DNA of 64,000 nucleotides from a virus (Duplodnaviria > Caudoviricetes). The position numbers and the translations under genes are program-made. The DNA lies in the IMG/VR virus record IMGVR_UViG_3300020577_004280, positions 64,001 through 128,000 of that record. The stretch is one strand, 5' to 3'. This document shows positions 47,570 to 56,691 of the stretch, in pieces. The notes below the pieces were generated by a model. That model was not told the DNA's origin and did not search any database. It saw only the letters and a list, made by a program, of their open reading frames with translations. The stretch's first letter is position 1; the number at the start of each line of letters is the position of its first letter.

Positions 47570-48640
47570 CTATATATAAGTTACTGTCATAATGCTACCG
47601 TTGTTAGTTAGTGTTAAACATGGAGCCGTACCAGTTGTTAGTGAAACAAGACTCATACTTTGACCATTATTGCAATCTATTATTTGAGGACCGTAAACAG
47701 CGTGATATGTACTACACCCCTGTCCACCAAAACCACCTAAACAAGATTCTACTGAGACCGCACCAATAGCTCTATTTAAATTATCAAAAGTCAACGTTAT
47801 ATCAATAGTCATAGTATTAGGATAAATCCCAAAAGTATTTCTATATCTGACAAAACATGAGTTTTGAGCAATAGGAGTCAACAATACTTGAGAATTTAAA
47901 ACACTATTAATAGAATTGACATAAGAACTATTACATCTAGAAGGAGAAAGTGGGTCGTTATTAATAAAATTCGCCTGTAAACCCGCAATACTAACTTTAA
48001 TTATTCCTCCAGGAATACAGCTATAAGTAGGATAAATACATATATTGTCAATATATCCATATACTGTAGAAGAAGAACTAGTATTAAATTGCGAATAACC
48101 AATAAACCCAACGTCAAAAGATTGATTTAAATTTAGTCCTGCACTAGTAGTATAAGAAAAACTCCCATTGACACTAAAATTTAATCGCATAAAACCGTTT
48201 GCAGATTTCTCATTTCTCCATCCATTAATAGGATTACTAGTGGACATATTTTTAATATAAAGTAATCCGTTTTGTATAATCGCTGGAAGATAACGAACAG
48301 TGGTCCCTTCTCCAGAAAGCCTATAATCCCAACAAAAATTTAAATCAGATAAATATCTACATGGAGAAGAAAAATCTGTATTATCTCCAACTTTAACAAA
48401 ACTTGTCAATATATATGGTTGTGGTCCATTTCCATTAAATATCATTTTATAGGAAGGAGATGGTAAACCAATGTTACTATTTATAGCTATACTAGATGAA
48501 TGAGTTCCTAAAACTGGGAAAAAATTTTGAGTAATAGGTAAAACCAGTCCACCATTTGCACCAATCGTACAATTCAAACTGTTACACTGGCTAGTACCCC
48601 CATCACAACAACATTTTGCAACGCTAAATTTATTTCTCAT
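47570..48640 (-). CDS. Cys-rich putative tail/receptor-binding protein
   Basis: N-terminal CCC and beta-sandwich-like composition; coupled to the 1355-aa gene. Confidence 0.6.
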   Translation of the reverse strand: MRNKFSVAKCCCDGGTSQCNSLNCTIGANGGLVLPITQNFFPVLGTHSSSIAINSNIGLPSPSYKMIFNGNGPQPYILTSFVKVGDNTDFSSPCRYLSDLNFCWDYRLSGEGTTVRYLPAIIQNGLLYIKNMSTSNPINGWRNEKSANGFMRLNFSVNGSFSYTTSAGLNLNQSFDVGFIGYSQFNTSSSSTVYGYIDNICIYPTYSCIPGGIIKVSIAGLQANFINNDPLSPSRCNSSYVNSINSVLNSQVLLTPIAQNSCFVRYRNTFGIYPNTMTIDITLTFDNLNRAIGAVSVESCLGGFGGQGCSTYHAVYGPQIIDCNNGQSMSLVSLTTGTAPCLTLTNNGSIMTVTYI

Positions 48641-51600
48641 TTACTCACCACACGCACTTCCAGTAATTCTAAATGTTCTATCAAAAGTAAAATATTCAAT
48701 AATTAATTCAGTTTCAGCATCTATATCTTCATTTCCATGCATCCAATCTAGTTTAGCATCAACTTCATCGGAAACTCCCAAAACCGATTGTACTTCTACT
48801 TTACCGGTAGTTCCGTGTGTAATTGTACCATTAGCTAAACCACGACGAATTAAGCCTTGACTACCTACAACTTTCCATCCTAATCTAGTTCCTTGAAGGT
48901 CATATCTGATTAAAGCACTTTCTCCAGCTAATAGAAAATTCAAATAATATTCATCATAAACTATGATTGAATCACCATTATCATTTCTAGTTGCGGCGGC
49001 GGTACTTCCGGGGAAAAGAGTTTGATTCATAGTCACGCTAACTAATGTCTCAGACTCTTGTGGAATAATTCTAAATTTTCGGTCAAATGGAAAATATTCA
49101 AGTATTTGTTCGCTGTTTTGTAGAATAGTTCTATTATCGTCAGCGTTCATCCAATCATTACTAGCATCCATATCAACTGTAGTACCACTGGATGAAAATA
49201 CCCTAACATTTTTAGTAGTGTTGGGTTGAATATCTTGTGTGGGCTTACATCTACGTCTTAAACCATTACTACCGCGTACATTCCATCTTTCATTAATTCT
49301 ATCATAATAAGCAAAAACCTGTTCCATTTGTAATATAAAATTACAATTAGCGTCGTCATACAATTCAATACTCTCTCCGAGATTTTGTAAAGTAGCTTGA
49401 GCGTTTTGTCCAGGATACAATACTTCATCTAATATTACCGGTTCATCATTAGGTTCAACTTCCCAAACCCATTTTCTTAAATGCGGCAGATAACGTACCA
49501 TACCTTTTGTATCTTCAGCTACATTTTGTGACGGTATCCAATCGTGCGTAACATTTACTCCCGCTATATTAGAAACAACTCCGAAGATTGTACACTTGCC
49601 AGCAGAATTAGTAATTTTTGTGGTACATTGTGCCTCACGCAACAAACCATGAGAAGCATAAAGATTATATTTATCTCCATTCTTATATGCTACAGCATAT
49701 TCATCTTTCATTAAACAGTTTTCATACAATACATCTTGTACAGTTACTTCAACCAAATTATCTTCATCATTTTCATATTCTGCTAACTTTTCTTGACCCG
49801 GTAGCATATCTTCCTTCATTCTGACAATATATATGACTTTATTACCAGAGACCCAAACTTTTCTATCATTGTCCCACCTAATATCTAATGGTCCGGTTTT
49901 CCAGTTTTCAGATTGTGAAAGATATCCAGATAGAAAATTATTTGACCCAAAACCAGCATTTGGTACAGGTTTTCCAGCAACATCATATCCCCATCCACAA
50001 ATAATAATTGGGCCTTTTAAAGCCATAGGTCTATATGAAGTTTCTGATGGATAATTATCAGATATAACTAAATCGTTTGGTGGAGTATCACCGCTGAATA
50101 TACATTGTATATCATGACCTTCTTTATATGGATTTAGGTCTGTGGATGTAGGTCCATCATTATTACCTTCTTCTGTTGGTTCTTCAAAATGTGGTAAATT
50201 GTCAGTAGTAATATTAGTAGAAAACGGTCTAAAAAATGCGTCTAAAGATACCCCGCCTTTATCGGTATAATCATAAGATAATTGCATCATTGCATTATAT
50301 GTAGGCTGACTTACAACGTCATATTTTTCACCATGTTTTTGACCACATAATAAATAATGCGAACTATTAGACTTATCTCTTTTAGCTTTTGTAGATTTGA
50401 AAAAGTTTTGTTTAGCAGAAACTATGGAAGCAATTTTACTTTTATTTTGCATAATGCCACGTATAGCTCGTTTTTGCTGCTGCCAAGCTTTGTTAAGTTT
50501 AACTAACTTATCCACATTATATCTACTTAAGCGTCCAAAATTAGGAGTATATCTATTTAATCTGTATGTTGTTCTAGCTCCGTCTTCTCCTACACTACAA
50601 GAAATATCACTAATATATGGTCCACCGTTAATTAAAGTAGCACCAAGATTGTGCATTGGTACTCCGGGAAACTCTATATGTCCAGTTTCACTCCAAGGCT
50701 GATTAGATACTACACCAATAACTTTAGCTTCACCGGCAGCATTCATAGGACCGTATCCGCCAAAATTCCAAGGAACTAGACTATCATCTTTTTCATACTC
50801 AACCTTACCTAGTACACCATTACCTCCCCACCACGGACCATAACATTCTATGTTAGAACGCATTGGAACAGAAGCCATTACAGGTTGTATAGCAGCAGCC
50901 TCACGCCCAAATGCTAAGAAATCTGCACCCATTCTATTAATAAAACTGTTAATTTCTGCACTAGTATTACCATTATTTAGTAGAAAAGCTCGTAATACTC
51001 CAACATTATCGTATGATGAATTTTGATTACTAGCCATTCTAACCACACCCGGTAATGTGACCACAGCTCGTGGCGAATAATTTGAAGCCGAATCATAAAA
51101 TACCGGAGATTCGTCTACTTGACATTTTATAAAAACAGAATAATTTCTTAAACCCTGATTATATTGTACAAATTTTTCATCATCGCCAATTTCTGAAAAA
51201 TCATAAGATTCTGCGTTATCAAATCGTACATAACAGGTGAATTTACCTTCATTAGTGGTAAAACTATTAATATCTAATGGTACTAAACCATTGTTAACTA
51301 AACTTGCCGCAGTAGATTCATCTAAATAAGCTGATTCAACTATCTGTCTACTAGGAATAAATTTATTTACCTCTTGACCATTAATAGTCATATTATAATA
51401 AATTGATGGTATAGCTACTTGAAATTTTTTACCATAATAATCATTAGCATAACTTCTAACAATATCATATAAATTTTTTCTATTTTTATTTGCATCAATA
51501 TTAGTCACATCATTAATAGCTCCTTTTTTAAGGTTTGCAAACTTTAATGTAGTAATCTGAGATAGCGGCGTGTTTCTCAAGAGACTGACAATATCACCAT

Positions 51601-52708
51601 TAACATCAGAAATAATATTTAACTGCGCTGCTCTACCTGCTTGCGGATAAGATGATGTATTTCTAAACCATAAGAACGCTTCCCAAGATTCTTGACTATC
51701 TAAAGCAGCACGTAATTCTGCGACATCAGTAAGATATGTATTGCCAACACCATAAATTGACCATGTAGTTGAATCTAGTAATATTTGATGGTCATCACCA
51801 TTACCAGAACCTAATACTACATTACCATTAGGATAAACACCCCAATATGGAAGAATAGAATTCGTAAACCATACATCTTCTCTGTTACCACCAACTAATA
51901 ATTTATTACATACACTATCTATTAATTCTATACCAGCGCTATTAGAAACACATCCCTGAACATTTTCTGTAAACTGTTCAATTGCACCTGATGCAAGAAA
52001 TTCATTTCTACCAATAATATAAATAACTATGAGTGGCCTGTCAAAATTAGTATTAATTTCTAAATTACAAAACCAATCGCATCCAGCAGCATCACAAATT
52101 TCTTGTATAAAATCCATTAATGACATGCTACCACCGCCGCCCACACGATAATCATATGGTAAAGATGGTAACGATGGTATATACACGCCATATACTTGGT
52201 CTCTATAAGCTACGTAACCACCATATGTAGATACTCCACCATTTAGCAATGTGGTTAATCCAGAAATTACTTTAAGCCACGGAATTCCGCTTTCATTAAG
52301 TTCAGAATATCCTATTCCAATAGATTCCCAAAATCCATAAATATTAAAAATATTAGTTAGTCCAACTACACTATCTATATAGTCGCTAGTAATTAATTGT
52401 ACGCCATCAAGAATAAATCTTGGGTCACGCATACTCACTTCATAGATTGGGTTTCCATCTGAACCTCTAATACGCTCCATACTTTGTACAATACCACCAA
52501 AATTAAATGAGTTTTGATGCCAAAATATAGCATGGTCACCGGGAATATATGCTCCGGGATTTGCATTAAATGGATAGCCCAAAAATTCATCACCAACTTT
52601 ATCGTCATCGACTAAACCGATTCTGATTTCACTTGGTTGTTCGTTCCAACCAACTGAAGCTGTATAATGACGTATAGAACTTCCCAAAAATCTTTCTTGA
52701 TATACCAT
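48641..52708 (-). CDS. large tail/baseplate protein with C-terminal triple repeat
   Basis: Third gene after the TMP; LMDFIQEICDAAG hub-like segment; three ~130-aa repeats. Confidence 0.65.
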   Translation of the reverse strand: MVYQERFLGSSIRHYTASVGWNEQPSEIRIGLVDDDKVGDEFLGYPFNANPGAYIPGDHAIFWHQNSFNFGGIVQSMERIRGSDGNPIYEVSMRDPRFILDGVQLITSDYIDSVVGLTNIFNIYGFWESIGIGYSELNESGIPWLKVISGLTTLLNGGVSTYGGYVAYRDQVYGVYIPSLPSLPYDYRVGGGGSMSLMDFIQEICDAAGCDWFCNLEINTNFDRPLIVIYIIGRNEFLASGAIEQFTENVQGCVSNSAGIELIDSVCNKLLVGGNREDVWFTNSILPYWGVYPNGNVVLGSGNGDDHQILLDSTTWSIYGVGNTYLTDVAELRAALDSQESWEAFLWFRNTSSYPQAGRAAQLNIISDVNGDIVSLLRNTPLSQITTLKFANLKKGAINDVTNIDANKNRKNLYDIVRSYANDYYGKKFQVAIPSIYYNMTINGQEVNKFIPSRQIVESAYLDESTAASLVNNGLVPLDINSFTTNEGKFTCYVRFDNAESYDFSEIGDDEKFVQYNQGLRNYSVFIKCQVDESPVFYDSASNYSPRAVVTLPGVVRMASNQNSSYDNVGVLRAFLLNNGNTSAEINSFINRMGADFLAFGREAAAIQPVMASVPMRSNIECYGPWWGGNGVLGKVEYEKDDSLVPWNFGGYGPMNAAGEAKVIGVVSNQPWSETGHIEFPGVPMHNLGATLINGGPYISDISCSVGEDGARTTYRLNRYTPNFGRLSRYNVDKLVKLNKAWQQQKRAIRGIMQNKSKIASIVSAKQNFFKSTKAKRDKSNSSHYLLCGQKHGEKYDVVSQPTYNAMMQLSYDYTDKGGVSLDAFFRPFSTNITTDNLPHFEEPTEEGNNDGPTSTDLNPYKEGHDIQCIFSGDTPPNDLVISDNYPSETSYRPMALKGPIIICGWGYDVAGKPVPNAGFGSNNFLSGYLSQSENWKTGPLDIRWDNDRKVWVSGNKVIYIVRMKEDMLPGQEKLAEYENDEDNLVEVTVQDVLYENCLMKDEYAVAYKNGDKYNLYASHGLLREAQCTTKITNSAGKCTIFGVVSNIAGVNVTHDWIPSQNVAEDTKGMVRYLPHLRKWVWEVEPNDEPVILDEVLYPGQNAQATLQNLGESIELYDDANCNFILQMEQVFAYYDRINERWNVRGSNGLRRRCKPTQDIQPNTTKNVRVFSSSGTTVDMDASNDWMNADDNRTILQNSEQILEYFPFDRKFRIIPQESETLVSVTMNQTLFPGSTAAATRNDNGDSIIVYDEYYLNFLLAGESALIRYDLQGTRLGWKVVGSQGLIRRGLANGTITHGTTGKVEVQSVLGVSDEVDAKLDWMHGNEDIDAETELIIEYFTFDRTFRITGSACGE

Positions 52709-52717
52709 AGTTTTCCT

Positions 52718-54238
52718 TTACTCGTATGTCCACCCATATTGAAGAGAATATCTTCCCGTGCGTGGTTCCCATGTTTCATTGTTTGCGTGTACAAACTGCG
52801 TTGAATACCCATAATTACTAGGCTTATTTGCTTCTAGTATTGAATTAATATAAGGAGCATAAGCTGGGTCAACACTTGGTTTAGCGTAGGTAAAATAATT
52901 TTTCATATCACTTAAACTGGTTGATGCTAATCCTATTGGATTTGCTAAAACTATTTCGATAGAAATGTCTACGGTTTTAGCTTGTATAGTTCCCAAATTC
53001 TGTAATACCGGTCCAGCCGCTCTACCAAGAACAAATATTTGTGCAAAAGCGTCTACATTCAAACTATGTGTTACAGAGATAACTTCGGATTTTGTCCCAG
53101 GTATAATTTTATTCGCGCTATTGTCATATTCATATGAATAGGTAATAACACCCTCTATTGGATTTACACCTTTAGTATAAGTAATAGGAGTAGAATTTAA
53201 TGTTAATCCGGTATATAAACTGGCTCTAGCGTTGAGTAAACTAGATACCTGTCCCCATTTTACATCAGCGTTATGGTGTCTAGAAAAAGTGTTTTGTAAA
53301 CCCCTGATTTCACCTTCTATTCTAACTGAAGTTACTGCCGCATCAGGAGGATTGGTTGTAGTAACGGTAAAATTCTCTAAAGCAGAGCCACTGGCCAATA
53401 CCCAAGTTTCAGTAGCAGAATACCCTCCTCCTTTAATATCATTTACCTCGTTAATAAAGTGATTATATCCGCCATAATAAGATGGTAAATTATTTACACC
53501 AGAAGATAATATATTATTATCTAAACCTAGTCTAGCGACCACATATTTTCTAGCCCATTGCCAAGGTTCTTCTTGTAGATTGCCAGCAGAATCATAGAAT
53601 CGTTTACCAACGGCGTTTAATGTGTGTGTTAGTCTGTATGTTTGGGCGGTTTCTGCATTTTCAGGTAAATCATTATCCACTTCAAATTGCCAAGATTCTT
53701 CGGCAGAAGAAATAAAATCATCTAATTCACTATCTTCGCCATTTAATAAACCAATAGCATATAATACATCACATTCAAGATTGATAGTGTATCTAAATGT
53801 TTGATACCATACATCTTCTTGAAAAGTGATATTTAATATACGAGGATTACATTTCATGGCTGGGCCACCGTCAAAAGCCTGAAACTCAAGTAATCTACCA
53901 TCTACTGAAAATAAGTCTCTGATAGCTTCTTGTTTACGTAGCATAGCACTTAAACGTGTTGTGTCATCCCCTTGTACGGTAACTTCATCTGGTGGATAAT
54001 CACTACCTGTCCAGAAATAATTATTTGGCCCACCCCAACTACTACCGGACTGTGTACCTATTTTACTACGTGGAGAACCCATCCAAGCCACAACTGTACC
54101 AACTATAGTTAAACTAAAAGTGGTACCTATATTTTCACTATCTCCTGTTTTAATATAATTCTTAGAAACCCCAACATATGGAGCTGGGATTAGCCTGGCT
54201 CCGTTTCCGTTTCCGTCTGCATATGATACATACGACAT
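52718..54238 (-). CDS. putative tail/baseplate protein
   Basis: Beta-rich, located downstream of the TMP. Confidence 0.6.
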   Translation of the reverse strand: MSYVSYADGNGNGARLIPAPYVGVSKNYIKTGDSENIGTTFSLTIVGTVVAWMGSPRSKIGTQSGSSWGGPNNYFWTGSDYPPDEVTVQGDDTTRLSAMLRKQEAIRDLFSVDGRLLEFQAFDGGPAMKCNPRILNITFQEDVWYQTFRYTINLECDVLYAIGLLNGEDSELDDFISSAEESWQFEVDNDLPENAETAQTYRLTHTLNAVGKRFYDSAGNLQEEPWQWARKYVVARLGLDNNILSSGVNNLPSYYGGYNHFINEVNDIKGGGYSATETWVLASGSALENFTVTTTNPPDAAVTSVRIEGEIRGLQNTFSRHHNADVKWGQVSSLLNARASLYTGLTLNSTPITYTKGVNPIEGVITYSYEYDNSANKIIPGTKSEVISVTHSLNVDAFAQIFVLGRAAGPVLQNLGTIQAKTVDISIEIVLANPIGLASTSLSDMKNYFTYAKPSVDPAYAPYINSILEANKPSNYGYSTQFVHANNETWEPRTGRYSLQYGWTYE

Positions 54239-54247
54239 AATTACACC

Positions 54248-56683
54248 TTATACATACAACCAAATAGAATTATGAACTGGTTGAATTCCTGAAATTGAAA
54301 GAGTTAATTCCGCTCTTATGTTTGGTTGACCTTCTAACATCAAAGGAATACTATTATAACTATATTCTTGAGTCTTAATAAACAATGTAATATTATTTTG
54401 TATAGGCTCATTTCCTTGACCGATTACTAATGGTATAGTACCGCTACCGTATGATGAGCCATTCCATCCTTCTGGACCCCACATAGTGAGATTTAATGCT
54501 TTTTCTACACCGCTAGTGTAATTACCAACAGTTAAATCTAGAGTATTACTTAAACTTGGCGTCTCTGATTTTAAGAATAGGTTCATACTTGAACTACGTG
54601 ATACACCTCCGTACCCATCAATATACAAAGGTATAATAGAACTTGGATTCACTAACGCTATAGTAGTAGTAAATAAATTTATTGTAGAAAATAACGTTGG
54701 TGATTCGGCACCATAAGTAAACAACGTTGTTTGGCTATCAATATTTATTGGGTCTTGTGCTGATAAAAACAAAGGAATATATGACAAGATATAATCTGTA
54801 CCACTTGTATAACAATTAAAACTATTGTTAACAGTATCATGACCATAAAGATAACCGGTGAAAGATGACTCTGGTAAAAGTCCCATAAGATATAAATCTA
54901 TACCACCACTAATAGGAGCGTGTCCATAAGTATATCCGTATATATCTCCGCTTACAGTTGTGCTGGAAGTCAAGAATAAATCAAGACTAGATACACTAGC
55001 ATCTGATACAATATGTAATGGAATTTGTGAATATTCTACACCGTTTCCACCAATATATAAATCTATCCCAGATGGCACAGATATACCATCTATAGCGTTA
55101 GATATTAGCGTCATATTGATAGAATCAATTTGGGTTATATCAGAATTACCACTAGTAGAACCAGCGACTTCTAATCTTAGTATTCCACCATTCCAATCGT
55201 TCACTTTATTGTAACTAGAGTTAATAGAAGATGAATTCCTACCAATATCGTATGTATAAATACCACTTGCAGAATCTAGTCTTGGTGTACCATCACTATA
55301 ATTAGAATACCAAATATAATTAGATTTATCTGATGTTAAAACTTTAGCTCTAACATAAGAGAAATCATTATAATTTTTTGCTTTTACCGTGATGAACGCG
55401 TTAGATATATTTGCTGGTGTGGCTCCAACTAAACCAAATTCACTAGTTAAATCAGTTAACTCAAAGTCAATATAATTTTTATATAAATCGCCGTCTAAGC
55501 ACATAGCTTTAATACCAGAAACTTCTGGTAAAGCAAGCAACGTCGTAGCACTGCCCCCAACATCATCGGTTCTTACAAGATTATAAGTTTTATTTATACC
55601 GCTTATGTCTTCGGCGACATAATAAAGTTTTCTACTCTTTTGGTTAAATACAATTTCTCTTGTTTGGAAATAGGTTGGACTATTTACAGAAACTATTCTG
55701 GTTCCAGAACCAGATGTCAAACTTTCTTTAATAATTCCGTAGTACGCGGGAGAAAAATAATTATCGGTGGCAGTATAATAAATATTACCACTAGCATAAT
55801 CGATATCAAAAGCCCCGCCGAACATTCCATAACTAAGTAATCTTATATAATCCCAAGAACCAGTAAGATGATTAAGCTTATATACTTTGGTTAAATAATT
55901 AGTTGGTTCGGTTTTTAACGCATAAATATCATTAGTATCTGGATTGATACGTAATCTTCTATCTTGTGTTTCTCTACCAAGTAAAGAGGCTCTGTCAATT
56001 TGATATTGTTCATTGGTTAATGATTTAAAATCACCGTCTTTATCAAGAGAAAACACAGTATTATAGTAGTTTGAAAATGCTATTCCGGCCCCTAAATCTG
56101 AACTTAATTGGGCTTCGCGTTTACCATTTTTATCAACTCTATAAATTACACAATCATTACCGTCTTCCACACCATAATAAATAAAATCATCGATTGAATT
56201 ATAAGCTATATGTGTAGATAGTTCTGGATTTATACCGTTGTAAATTTTAGTAACAGTTGTGGAAGAAAGATTATATTTAATAATACCACTTTCACATACC
56301 CAGTACAAGTTTTCTGGTTGTACATAATATCCGCTCTGATAACTTCTGATTGAACTATTATCAGATAATGAATTATAAGGGTCTTCATCTACATATGACC
56401 ACATATTCAACGTATTATTATCAGAATTTAACCAGCTACCAGAAGCTGTGGAATTTCCACTTGGATATAGTTTTTCCGAATTAGCGTTATATAACGTTAA
56501 TGTAATACTATTGTTTAACGAAATATGGCCTTGAGTATATAAGTCTGTTAATCCAGATGGAGCATCTTTCCCTCCCATAAATAAAGTAAGACCACCGTTT
56601 AAACTAGTAGTATTTACTAAATTTTGTCGTATATTTCGTTCGTCATTAAAGAAAGCTAAAATTGGTGGTAAATGATTAGACAT
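54248..56683 (-). CDS. putative tail fibre/spike with ~14-aa repeats and a beta-propeller-like insert
   Basis: Repeated S.(I/L).L(Y/F)..G units; IYY/LYY blade motifs; directly after the TMP. Confidence 0.65.
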   Translation of the reverse strand: MSNHLPPILAFFNDERNIRQNLVNTTSLNGGLTLFMGGKDAPSGLTDLYTQGHISLNNSITLTLYNANSEKLYPSGNSTASGSWLNSDNNTLNMWSYVDEDPYNSLSDNSSIRSYQSGYYVQPENLYWVCESGIIKYNLSSTTVTKIYNGINPELSTHIAYNSIDDFIYYGVEDGNDCVIYRVDKNGKREAQLSSDLGAGIAFSNYYNTVFSLDKDGDFKSLTNEQYQIDRASLLGRETQDRRLRINPDTNDIYALKTEPTNYLTKVYKLNHLTGSWDYIRLLSYGMFGGAFDIDYASGNIYYTATDNYFSPAYYGIIKESLTSGSGTRIVSVNSPTYFQTREIVFNQKSRKLYYVAEDISGINKTYNLVRTDDVGGSATTLLALPEVSGIKAMCLDGDLYKNYIDFELTDLTSEFGLVGATPANISNAFITVKAKNYNDFSYVRAKVLTSDKSNYIWYSNYSDGTPRLDSASGIYTYDIGRNSSSINSSYNKVNDWNGGILRLEVAGSTSGNSDITQIDSINMTLISNAIDGISVPSGIDLYIGGNGVEYSQIPLHIVSDASVSSLDLFLTSSTTVSGDIYGYTYGHAPISGGIDLYLMGLLPESSFTGYLYGHDTVNNSFNCYTSGTDYILSYIPLFLSAQDPINIDSQTTLFTYGAESPTLFSTINLFTTTIALVNPSSIIPLYIDGYGGVSRSSSMNLFLKSETPSLSNTLDLTVGNYTSGVEKALNLTMWGPEGWNGSSYGSGTIPLVIGQGNEPIQNNITLFIKTQEYSYNSIPLMLEGQPNIRAELTLSISGIQPVHNSIWLYV

Positions 56684-56691
56684 AGATATTC

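Noticed and set aside
54248-56683. N-x-S/T sequon enrichment
   Set aside because: About 17 sites, close to what the Asn/Ser/Thr-rich composition predicts.
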